64,000 nucleotides of DNA, taken from positions 1,344,001 through 1,408,000 of the forward strand of contig OY820591.1 in assembly GCA_963555985.3 (NCBI GenBank). Direction: 5' to 3'. Below the pieces are notes generated by a model. It had not been told where the DNA came from, searched no databases, and saw nothing but the letters and a program-made list of their open reading frames with translations. Positions 19,054-27,479 of this stretch are shown piece by piece; positions within the stretch are counted from its first letter, which is position 1, and each line of letters opens with the position of its first letter. Source of the stretch: Dehalococcoidia bacterium. GTDB lineage: Bacteria; Chloroflexota; Dehalococcoidia; Bin125. The position numbers were made by a program, and so were the translations under genes.

Positions 19054-19116
19054 CCCCCCTTGCGGGGGGAGATGCCGAAAGCCTGCCCCAGGCCTGAACT
19101 GGGGGCAGAGGGGGGT
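19051..19116 (+). repeat. CTCCCCCC..GCGGGGGGAGATG..CAGAGGGGG palindromic repeat, copy 1
   Basis: Related copies at 20257-20324 and (inverted) 47229-47279. Confidence 0.75.
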
Positions 19117-19201
19117 ATCCCATTTGCACCGCCATCGGCGTCTGAACCAGCGCTTCTATCCCATATGTGAACAGTCCCTAACGCCGGAAACTCACTCCAA
19201 A

Positions 19202-19303
19202 GAACACAAATTCCCACTCTGTCAACCAGACAACAACCCCAATCACCCCAATCACGACCAAACCATGTAACGTCGTCAGAACCTACGTATCGTACAAGCG
19301 TAC
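19202..19303 (+). promoter_or_regulatory. LexA/SOS-box-like sites upstream of the orphan HTH gene
   Basis: GAAC-acaa-ATTC (19202), GAAC-ctac-GTAT (19279), GTAC-aagc-GTAC (19292); equivalent sites in the paralog leader. Confidence 0.5.
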
Positions 19304-19322
19304 TCGAAAGGAAGCCGCAACC

Positions 19323-20225
19323 ATGTACATCTCACCCCGCCGACGCCGCCGCATCCTCGAAGCCCACCGCCTCCGCCAGGAGGGACACTCCCTCCGCGCC
19401 ATCGCCCAATTCCTCGACGTCTCCGCTGCCACCGTCCACGCCGACCTCAAACTGCTCGAAACCCACTGGAGCGACCTCGTCGAACAAGCCGCCGACGACC
19501 TCCTCCTCAACCAAATCAATCAGCTCGAACGTCGCCTCGTCAAAGTCCTCGAACGCAACCCCTTCGACGTCTTCGACCGCTACGTCGTCAGCCTCGGCGA
19601 GGGCTACTTCCGCGCCTGGACCGACACCCTCTCCGCCACCGATATCGTCCGCGTCCAACAGGCCCACACCGCCGAAATCGCACTCCTCTTCCGCGAAACC
19701 CGGCGCGCCATCCAGGACCTCCACCGCCGCGCCGGACAACGCCGCGACCTGGCCGCACAATCCGACTCCGACCGCGAACCCGACTACCCCGCCGAAGAAC
19801 TCACCGATCCCCCGAGCCCCGGCGAAGAGCTCCTGATCCAACAACGCCGCGACGACCGCGCCCGAACCCAAGCCGAATTCCTCCCGGACGCCCCGGACTC
19901 GCTGAACATCCCTGAACACCCTGAACCCGCTTCAGCCCAGCCAGCAAAGGAAAACCTCCAAACCGGCCCGCCCGAAAAAATTTCCCCTGAACAACCTGAA
20001 CACCCACCCGGCGACGCCCCCGAAGACAGCCCCGAACATCTCCCCGTCGCCCCCAAAACCATGCTCCAAGCCATCCACGACGAGATCGTCGCCGACAACC
20101 CCCTCCTCAAAAGCAAAAACGAGGACGAACTCATCGCCTTCCTCGACCAACTCGCCCTCCAAGTCCAACCCGAAGACCCAACCGAACCCCCCATCCCCAT
20201 CTACACCGACGCCGCCGGCAGCTAA
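19323..20225 (+). CDS. Orphan N-terminal HTH protein, paralog of 48330-48833
   Basis: AAGGAAG RBS; G.SLRAIAQFLDVSAATVHADL helix-turn-helix; Pro/Glu-rich linker. Confidence 0.8.
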   Translation: MYISPRRRRRILEAHRLRQEGHSLRAIAQFLDVSAATVHADLKLLETHWSDLVEQAADDLLLNQINQLERRLVKVLERNPFDVFDRYVVSLGEGYFRAWTDTLSATDIVRVQQAHTAEIALLFRETRRAIQDLHRRAGQRRDLAAQSDSDREPDYPAEELTDPPSPGEELLIQQRRDDRARTQAEFLPDAPDSLNIPEHPEPASAQPAKENLQTGPPEKISPEQPEHPPGDAPEDSPEHLPVAPKTMLQAIHDEIVADNPLLKSKNEDELIAFLDQLALQVQPEDPTEPPIPIYTDAAGS

Positions 20226-20256
20226 ACAGAACCGCTCCCAAAACTCCCCCTCCCCT

Positions 20257-20324
20257 CTCCCCCCCTTGCGGGGGGAGATGTCCCGTAGAGCCTGCCCCCG
20301 CGAAGGCGGGGGGACAGAGGGGGT
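20257..20324 (+). repeat. Palindromic repeat, copy 2
   Basis: CTCCCCCCCTTGCGGGGGGAGATGTCC..GGACAGAGGGGGT. Confidence 0.75.
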
Positions 20325-20355
20325 CCGCACGCCTCTTCGGGAAGCCCGCACCCCA

Positions 20356-20690
20356 CCGTCATTCCCGCGCCGGGAGACCATTGCAAAACCCCACTTCCGT
20401 CATTCCCGCGCAGGCAGACCGTTGCAAAATCCCCATATCCGTCATTCCCGCGAACGCGGGAATCCACGTCCCACTCGATACGCCGCATGGATTCCCGCCT
20501 GCGGAGGCCCTTGCGAAACCCCCATTTCCGTCATTCCAGGCTTGACCTGGAATCTCGTTCGGAGTTCGGTCTATCGGGTCAGGCGAGATTCCAGCTTTCG
20601 CTGGAATGACGAGAGCAGCGGGAATGCCAATGTGCAAAGGCCTCCCTGCGCGGGAATGACGAAATCAGCCGATCGCGAAGCGATGTATCA
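20356..20690. repeat. Nested REP/MITE array
   Basis: Repeated CCGTCATTCCCGCG half-sites, B-type left ends at 20374 and 20415, complete B element at 20504-20644. Confidence 0.8.
20504..20644. mobile_element. MITE family B, complete 141-bp copy
   Basis: TIRs GAGGCCCTTGCG / TGCAAAGGCCTC, TSD CCTGCG (20498-20503, 20645-20650). Confidence 0.8.
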
Positions 20691-20747
20691 ACCTCTGAGA
20701 GGCAAGAGGCGTCTGCACGATTATCCCCGGAACTGTGCAAACAGACC

Positions 20748-22991
20748 CTAGCTCCGGGTCAGGTTCGCAATCGAGGCGAGTAGGCGCTTGACGCCGGTTT
20801 CCTCGAATCTGACCGTGACCTCGGCGTCCGCTCCGATCGGGCGCAGGGAGACCACGACGCCCGCGCCGAAGGTCTCGTGCGAGACGCGATCGCCGGGGTT
20901 GAGGCCGATCTGGACGGGTTCCGCCTGGGCGTCGTCGAAGCTGTCGAAATCGTCCCAGCGGACGGTGCGGTTGCGTGCGGGGCGCACGTCCTGTCCGACC
21001 TGGGCGCTCGCGGCGCGATCGAGCTGCACCAGTTCGGCGGGCAGATCGAGCAGGAATCGGGAGGGGGAGTTGTGCCCGGAGCGGCCCTGATAGGCGCGGC
21101 GGAAGGCGTAGAGCAGATGCAGCTCGCGTTCGGCGCGGGTCATGCCGACATAACAGAGCCGCCGCTCTTCCTCCAACTGGGCGGGATCGTCCATCGACAA
21201 CTGGTGCGGCAGCAGGTTCTCCTCCAGTCCCGCCATGAACACGACCGGGAACTCCAGCCCCTTGGACTGGTGCAGCGTGATCAGCGTGACCGCGTCGGGC
21301 GGGCCTTCGGGCAGGTCGTCTACGTCGGCGACCAGGGCGACATCTTCGAGGAAGGCGTCGAGCGCCGCGCCCGGCGCGATCTCCGCGTAGTTCTCGGTGA
21401 CGGTGATCAGCTCCTGCACGTTTTCCCAACGGCTCTCGGCGTCGGTTTCGTTGTCCGCCTGACGCTCGAGGTAGTCGCGGTAGCGAGTCTTGAGCAAGAT
21501 CGTGCGGAGCGCGGCGCCCAGCGGCTCGCGCGCGGCCTGGGCCCGCGCCTCCTCGATCAAACCGACGAAGGCGTGCAGCGTGCTCGCCGCTTTGCGCGAC
21601 GCCGCTGGCGGCGCGACCTGACCGTTGAGCGCATCCGCGTCCCTGCCCGAAGCGGCCTCTGCCGCCTGCATCAAGGTGCGCCCGTGCATTGCCGCCCAGT
21701 CGGTCAGGTTTAGCACCGTTTTCGCGCCTACGCCCCGCGTGGGCACGTTGACGACGCGATTGAAGGCGACCGAGTCCGCCGGATTCCGGACCAGACGCAG
21801 GTAGGCGAGCAGATCGCGCACTTCGCGCCGGTCGTAGAAGCGAGTCGCGCCGACGAGTCGGTAGGGCAAGCCGTGCTGAACGAACGCCTCCTCGATCGGC
21901 CGCGACTGCGCGTTGGTGCGGTAGAGCACGGCCGCGTCGCCCGGGCGCATCGCGCCCTCCCGGATCCCGCCTTCGATCGCCGCCGCGATGTACTCCGCCT
22001 CATCCTGTTCGCTGTAGGCCTCATGCACTCGCGGCAGGGGGCCGTCGTGGTTCTCGGTGATCAGCTGCCGCTCGATGCGGTCGCGTCCGCGCGCGATCAC
22101 CGCGTTGGCGACGTCCAGGATCTGCTGCGTGGAGCGGTAGTTGTTGTTCAGCTGGACTTCGGCAGCGGCGGCATGGTCGTTGATGAAGTAGCGCAGGTTG
22201 CGGATATCGGCCGAGCGCCAGGAGTAGATCGACTGATCCGGATCGCCCACGACGGTCAAGTTCTGGGTACCTCCCGACCAGGCGCGGGCGAGCTGATATT
22301 GCACCGTGGAGGTGTCCTGGAACTCGTCCACCAGCACGTGCTCGAATCGATCCTGGTAGTACTGCCGCGCCTCGGCGAGCTCGAACAGTTGCAGTGTGCG
22401 CAGCAGCAGGTCGTCGAAGTCGAGCGCTTGGGCTTCGCGGAGCGCGGCCGCGTAGCGTTCCCAGACTCGCGCCGCCACCTCGTCGAAGTAGTTTCCGGTC
22501 GCCGCCGCGAAGTCCTCCAACGAGGTGCCTTCGCTCTTGCTGCGCGAGATTCGGCTCAACATCGCGCGGGGCGCGTACTGCTTCGGATCGAGCTGGAGTT
22601 CTTTGAGCGCGGCGCGCACGATCTGCATCTGGTCGTCGTCGTCGAAGATCTGAAACTGTCGCGGCACCGCGATCGCATCGCCGCGCGAGCGCAGCATCCG
22701 CACGCAGATGCGGTGGAAGGTGCCCAGCCAGACCTGTTCGCTCTGCTCTTCGCCGATCAGCGCTTCCAGCCGTCCGCGCATCTCGCGCGCGGCGCGGTTG
22801 GTGAAGGTGACCGCCAGAATGCGCCAGGGCGCGACGCCCTGCTCGATCAGCCAGGCGATCCGGTGGGTGACGACGCGGGTCTTGCCCGAGCCGGGTCCGG
22901 CCACGATCAGCAGCGGCCCGTCGGGATGCGTGACCGCTTCGCGCTGGGCGTCGTTGAGTTGTTCGAGCTGGATGGAGGAACGAGTGGTCAT
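20748..22991 (-). CDS. pcrA: UvrD/PcrA family DNA helicase
   Basis: LNDAQREAV, AGPGSGKT, VDEFQD, GDPDQSIYSWR, NYRST, EEERRLCYVGMTRA, C-terminal Tudor-like domain. Confidence 0.93.
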   Translation of the reverse strand: MTTRSSIQLEQLNDAQREAVTHPDGPLLIVAGPGSGKTRVVTHRIAWLIEQGVAPWRILAVTFTNRAAREMRGRLEALIGEEQSEQVWLGTFHRICVRMLRSRGDAIAVPRQFQIFDDDDQMQIVRAALKELQLDPKQYAPRAMLSRISRSKSEGTSLEDFAAATGNYFDEVAARVWERYAAALREAQALDFDDLLLRTLQLFELAEARQYYQDRFEHVLVDEFQDTSTVQYQLARAWSGGTQNLTVVGDPDQSIYSWRSADIRNLRYFINDHAAAAEVQLNNNYRSTQQILDVANAVIARGRDRIERQLITENHDGPLPRVHEAYSEQDEAEYIAAAIEGGIREGAMRPGDAAVLYRTNAQSRPIEEAFVQHGLPYRLVGATRFYDRREVRDLLAYLRLVRNPADSVAFNRVVNVPTRGVGAKTVLNLTDWAAMHGRTLMQAAEAASGRDADALNGQVAPPAASRKAASTLHAFVGLIEEARAQAAREPLGAALRTILLKTRYRDYLERQADNETDAESRWENVQELITVTENYAEIAPGAALDAFLEDVALVADVDDLPEGPPDAVTLITLHQSKGLEFPVVFMAGLEENLLPHQLSMDDPAQLEEERRLCYVGMTRAERELHLLYAFRRAYQGRSGHNSPSRFLLDLPAELVQLDRAASAQVGQDVRPARNRTVRWDDFDSFDDAQAEPVQIGLNPGDRVSHETFGAGVVVSLRPIGADAEVTVRFEETGVKRLLASIANLTRS

Positions 22992-23078
22992 CGCAGCGAG
23001 CATAGCTGCGAGATCGGGATATAGTGGCAGCGCGGGTATCGGGGCGGGCGTCGGGCTGACGCGCTTGCGAGGCGGAAC

Positions 23079-23654
23079 ATGGTCGCTGCGGCGGCGGGCG
23101 GATCGTTCGAGAGTTGGAGCGCTGCTGGGGTTGATTGGCCCGGCGGCAGTCCTGAGAACACCGGCCTGATCATCGCCATCATCGTGGGCGCGTATTTGGT
23201 GGCGCTGTGGATTTCGGCGGCGGTCTGGACGGCGCGCGACATTCGCAACCGGACGCACGATCCGGTGGCGCAGATCGTCTCGACCCTGATCGTGCTCGTG
23301 TTCAACTTCCCCGGGCTCGTGCTCTACCGCGTGCTGCGTCCGCCGCTGACCTTGCAGGAGGCGGAAGAGCATCAGTTGGAGACCGACGCGCTGACGCGCG
23401 AGCTCCAGCAGCACCCCAGCTGCCCGCGCTGCCAGGCGGAGATCCTGCCCGACTATCTCGCCTGTCCCCGTTGCGCGGCGCTTCTGCGGCGTCAGTGCGA
23501 GTCCTGCGCGCGCATCCTCGATCCGGCCTGGGTGATGTGTCCCTGGTGCGCGCATCGGGTTGAGACCGAAGCGGCGAATGGCACGTCCGAGTCTGCCGTA
23601 CGATCAGCTACGCCCGAAGCGAGCCCGAGCCAGGAGAGTGCGACAGATGGCTGA
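23079..23654 (+). CDS. Membrane protein with C-terminal double zinc ribbon
   Basis: Two TM helices, then CPRC..CPRC..CESC..CPWC. Confidence 0.8.
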   Translation: MVAAAAGGSFESWSAAGVDWPGGSPENTGLIIAIIVGAYLVALWISAAVWTARDIRNRTHDPVAQIVSTLIVLVFNFPGLVLYRVLRPPLTLQEAEEHQLETDALTRELQQHPSCPRCQAEILPDYLACPRCAALLRRQCESCARILDPAWVMCPWCAHRVETEAANGTSESAVRSATPEASPSQESATDG

Positions 23655-24486
23655 GATTCGACACTCGCGGATCGAGATCAACGGGGTCTCGGCTCCGATC
23701 GCGGAGGCGGGACCCGACGGTTCGTCGGAGGCGGCGGTCTGTCTGCACTCGGTGCCGGGCTCGGGCCGCGACTTTCAGTGGCTGCTGCCGGAAACGGGCG
23801 AAGTCGTGCGTTCGATTGCGCTGGATCTGCCCGGTTTCGGGCGGGCGGACAAGCCGCGCGACTTTCCCTACTCGATTCAGGGCTATCAAACCTGGCTCGC
23901 GCCCGCGCTGAACGAGTTGGGCGCGGAGCGGGTGCATCTGATCCTGCACAGCTTTCACGGGATGACCGGTCTGATGTGGGCGGCGATGAACCCGGACAAG
24001 TGCGCGTCGGTGACGCTGCTCGATTCAGGTGTCCTGGAGGACTACAAGGGCAACCTGGTGGCGAATATCTGGCGCACGCCGATCGCGGGGGAGATTCTCC
24101 AGTTCACGACGACCCGTCCGCTGTTCAAGCTGTTCATGCGCTGGGGCAATCCGCGCGGGCTGAATCCGCAGTGGCTTGACGAGTTGATCACCGAGGACGA
24201 TCGCGACACGCGCCGGGTCACGCTCGAGCTCTACCGCAACACCAACTTCGACGACGCGAGGATCTTGCGCGAGGCGCTGAGTCCGCGCGAACTTCCGGCG
24301 CTGGTGATCTACGGGAAGAAAGATCCATTCATCAGCTGGAAGTACGCCGAGCGTCAGCGGGAGACATTCCCCGAGGCGGAAGTGCACGTCTGGGAAGATT
24401 GCGGCCACTTCCCCCACGTCCAGCATCCAGAGCGGACGGCGGCGGAGGTGGTCCGATTCGTGCGCGACCAGCTTGATGGCGTCTGA
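23647..24486 (+). CDS. Alpha/beta hydrolase
   Basis: LDLPGFGRAD, HSFHG nucleophile elbow, GHFPH. Confidence 0.85.
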   Translation: MAEIRHSRIEINGVSAPIAEAGPDGSSEAAVCLHSVPGSGRDFQWLLPETGEVVRSIALDLPGFGRADKPRDFPYSIQGYQTWLAPALNELGAERVHLILHSFHGMTGLMWAAMNPDKCASVTLLDSGVLEDYKGNLVANIWRTPIAGEILQFTTTRPLFKLFMRWGNPRGLNPQWLDELITEDDRDTRRVTLELYRNTNFDDARILREALSPRELPALVIYGKKDPFISWKYAERQRETFPEAEVHVWEDCGHFPHVQHPERTAAEVVRFVRDQLDGV

Positions 24487-24504
24487 GCTGACCGAATCAA
24501 CAGA

Positions 24505-25263
24505 TCAGATCGGATTTCTCGTCCAGCAGGCTGGGCAGGTGCATGTGTTGCGTGTTTCGTGATAGTGGACCAGTCCATGCATCACGCCGTCGACAGAGTC
24601 GAACTTACGGGCGATGAGATCGAATTGCTGCTGGGCTCCGCGTTCATATCTGCGGAAGACTGCATTGGCAATGAAGTCCGCCAGTTGAAGCGGCCGCCAA
24701 CCTTCCACTGGAGCGAACGCTGGCACACCCAATTGGTTGCGCTGGTCGCCACCCCAGCGATTTTGGTTTTCCCAGAGGTTTGAATGGTGTCGTTGGAGAT
24801 TGTCCTGATAGGCAGATTGTGCCACGAGCGTCATACCCCTCTCCATATTGGCGGACGTTTCTTCATTGGAGATGTTGCTGAGGAAGATGTCGAAGCGAGC
24901 AAGCAGGTGCTCGATCGCCAACTCATATGGCGGTTCGTTGACGTACTTGGTGTCGATCGCGATCCCGAACAAAGTCGCGTCAGAGTTGGAGATCAGGTGA
25001 TAGACGTTGTTTAGCAGACGAAGCCGTGTACCAAAATCGAGGTTGGTGAACGGCGGTTTGAGCCCGCCTTCGCTGGCCGAGAGATCCGTTGCGTGCAAAG
25101 GGGAAGACCGCTGGCCCAAGAATCGGTGAGTGAGTCTGTCGAGGCGGGCTGAAATTTCCGGTATTGATCCGACCGGCAGGGCCAGGCCGGCAAGGACAAA
25201 GTACCGGGTGCCTTTGCCACCTAGGGCCGGATCCCCGGACTCGTCCAGAAACAGGATGTACAT
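24505..25263 (-). CDS. DUF3800 domain protein
   Basis: MYILFLDESGD N-terminus, LHATDL, LQLADFIA; C-terminal CTCPAC; visibly more AT-rich than its neighbours. Confidence 0.88.
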   Translation of the reverse strand: MYILFLDESGDPALGGKGTRYFVLAGLALPVGSIPEISARLDRLTHRFLGQRSSPLHATDLSASEGGLKPPFTNLDFGTRLRLLNNVYHLISNSDATLFGIAIDTKYVNEPPYELAIEHLLARFDIFLSNISNEETSANMERGMTLVAQSAYQDNLQRHHSNLWENQNRWGGDQRNQLGVPAFAPVEGWRPLQLADFIANAVFRRYERGAQQQFDLIARKFDSVDGVMHGLVHYHETRNTCTCPACWTRNPI

Positions 25264-25277
25264 CAGGAGTGTGAGTG

Positions 25278-25345
25278 AGCCGGCTGGCCCTCCCCGGAAG
25301 GGGAAGGGCCAACAGACCATGATCAGGTGGCCTTGCCGACTTGAC
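25278..25345 (-). ncRNA. Candidate structured RNA upstream of DUF3800 gene 1
   Basis: Minus-sense hairpin UGGCCCU-UCCCC-UUCC-GGGGA-GGGCCA, extendable by G-U pairs. Confidence 0.45.
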
Positions 25346-25381
25346 TAGAGGATATAGCGCGGATTGCCAAACTGCCAACCA

Positions 25382-26719
25382 CTAATCGAGGGCTCCTAGT
25401 TCGACCGCGAGGTTGGCGGTTTTCTTCATTTCTTCGAAGCGCTCGGCTTGCTCTCGGGCTCGGGCTTCGGCGGCTTCGTTCTTGTACTCGGACTCGCTCT
25501 GGGTCTCGCTGGCGACCACATCGAAGCCGTAGGGGCCGTAGACGGGAATCTCGTCGTCGGAGAGTTCGGCCATCAGCTCGGCGCGTTCGGCTTTGCGCTT
25601 GAACGCTTCCTCGATGTAGGGCGCGAGCTCTTCGGCCTTGCGCGCTTCGCGCTCGGCTTCGAACTCCTTGAACTCGGGCATCACGTCGTGCGCGAAGAGT
25701 TCGAGCGCCTCGCAGATGTGCTCGTGGCGGTTGTTGCCCGCTTGCTGGATGAAGACGGACTGGTCGACGCCGCACTCGGCGAAGGTGCGCAGGTGCTCGC
25801 GCAGCGCGTCGGGGGTGCCGATGCCGCCCTCGCCGCCCTGGGAAGGCCAGGTCTCGCGCAGTTGCTCCCAGGCTCCCCAGATGTTGGTGCGGCCGGGCTT
25901 GTGCATTCCGGCGGCGTAGTGGTGGCCCAAGGCGAACTGGAAGAAGCGGAAGCCGTCGCCGCCGCGCCGCTCGGCCTCGTCGGAGTCCTGATGCACCGAG
26001 AACGAGGAGACCATGGCGATGTTCGCGTTGACCGTGTGGCCGATCGGGACGCACTCGGTCTTGAGCGTCTCGTAGTAGTCGTTGACCCAGTGGCGCGCTT
26101 CGGCGGGGTCGATGAAGGCGAAGGTGAGCGCGCCGATGCCGAGCTTGGCGGCCAGGTGGATCGTGTCGCGGTTGGAGCAGGCGACCCAGAGGGGCGGGTG
26201 AGGGCGCTGCACCGGCTTGGGCACGACGTTGCGAGTCGGCATCGAGAAGTACTTGCCCTCGAAGCCGGGGTAGGGATCCATCGCCAACATGTTGGCGACT
26301 TGCTCGACGGTCTCGAGCCACATCGAGCGGCGTTCTTCGGGGTTGATCCGGTATCCCTCGAGCTCCGCGCGTGAGGCGGATTCGCCGGTGCCGAAATCGA
26401 CGCGCCCATTGGACACGAGGTCGAGCGTGGCAATCCGCTCGGCGACGCGGGCCGGGTGGTTGTAGCCCGGCGGCATCAGGACGATCCCGTGTCCGAGGCG
26501 GATGTTCTTGGTCCGCTGGGAGGCGGCGGCGAGGAAGACCTCCGGGGCAGAGGAGTGCGAGTACTCCTCGAGGAAGTGGTGCTCAACCTCCCAGGCGTGG
26601 TCGATACCGAGGCTGTCGGCGAGTTCGACCTGTTCGAGGGCGTCCTGGAACAGCTGTTGCTCCTGACCCTCGCCCCAGGGCTTGGGCAGTTGGTGCTCGT
26701 AGAAGATTCCGAATCTCAT
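25382..26719 (-). CDS. LLM-class flavin-dependent oxidoreductase
   Basis: MRFGIFYEHQ, EHHFLEEYSH, AERIATLDLVSNGRVDFG, PKPVQRPHPPLW. Confidence 0.92.
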   Translation of the reverse strand: MRFGIFYEHQLPKPWGEGQEQQLFQDALEQVELADSLGIDHAWEVEHHFLEEYSHSSAPEVFLAAASQRTKNIRLGHGIVLMPPGYNHPARVAERIATLDLVSNGRVDFGTGESASRAELEGYRINPEERRSMWLETVEQVANMLAMDPYPGFEGKYFSMPTRNVVPKPVQRPHPPLWVACSNRDTIHLAAKLGIGALTFAFIDPAEARHWVNDYYETLKTECVPIGHTVNANIAMVSSFSVHQDSDEAERRGGDGFRFFQFALGHHYAAGMHKPGRTNIWGAWEQLRETWPSQGGEGGIGTPDALREHLRTFAECGVDQSVFIQQAGNNRHEHICEALELFAHDVMPEFKEFEAEREARKAEELAPYIEEAFKRKAERAELMAELSDDEIPVYGPYGFDVVASETQSESEYKNEAAEARAREQAERFEEMKKTANLAVELGALD

Positions 26720-26770
26720 GCGCTCTGCTCCTTTGCACACCCGTTGAGCGGGTTCGCGCGGCCGCCGTCG

Positions 26771-27451
26771 TCAGGAGACGACGACGATCTCCTTGCCTTG
26801 CAGAATGACGGTATCGTCCGGTTCGATCAAAGGCGGGAAGGGGTCTCCCGGCCGATCGGAGGGCGGAACGCCCGCTCTGGCCGCTTCTTCGTCGCGGTAC
26901 CAGAGGGAGGCGATGCCGTCCCAGCGGCTGTCCACGCCCTGATTGGCGTGCGAAGTCGTGTAGCCGATGCAGCCGCCGTCAGTCCGCGCGATCGACTCCG
27001 CCACACGCGGCGAGTGGCCTTCGTTCCAGGCTTGGAACAGTTCTTCGCGGCTGACCTCGCCGCGCATCTTGACGAACGCGACCCACTTCAAGGCGTCCGC
27101 GTCCGAGGGCGGTTGGATGATGATGTTCTCGGTCGTGTAGAGCCCGTCGGTAGTCGGTTCGATCAGTTCGCCGAAACCGTCGATCCCGCGCAGCGCGCCG
27201 CGTTCCTCAGCGAAGGCGGCGTTGAAGTGGTCGAAGTCGCGGAACCAGAGTTCGGCCACGCCGTCATAGGGCATCTCGTCGGTGGCGGGCGGTCCGCCGA
27301 GCGAGCCGACGCTCTCGAAGAACGTGACGCAGTAGCGCTCGGGCTTGGCCAGGTTGGCCACGTGCGGGGCGTGAATGCTGCGCCAGAACTCGAAGAACGA
27401 TTCACGTTCGACGCCCTCCTTGCGGGTGACGGGGACAATCCACTTGAGCAT
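26771..27451 (-). CDS. Tandem EthD-domain protein
   Basis: Two repeats of RKEG..RE.F...W...HAP ... YDGVAELWF / WDGIASLWY. Confidence 0.8.
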   Translation of the reverse strand: MLKWIVPVTRKEGVERESFFEFWRSIHAPHVANLAKPERYCVTFFESVGSLGGPPATDEMPYDGVAELWFRDFDHFNAAFAEERGALRGIDGFGELIEPTTDGLYTTENIIIQPPSDADALKWVAFVKMRGEVSREELFQAWNEGHSPRVAESIARTDGGCIGYTTSHANQGVDSRWDGIASLWYRDEEAARAGVPPSDRPGDPFPPLIEPDDTVILQGKEIVVVS

Positions 27452-27479
27452 GACGGGACTCCTCTCAATTGCCGACAGT

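Noticed and set aside
19120-20750. oriC or dif call at the skew switch
   Set aside because: No clustered TTATCCACA boxes, dnaA or dif-like site could be recognised; only the compositional observation is kept.
22992-23555. N-terminal extension of the helicase ORF (935 aa)
   Set aside because: It overlaps the divergent zinc-ribbon membrane gene; helicase homology starts at LEQLNDAQ.
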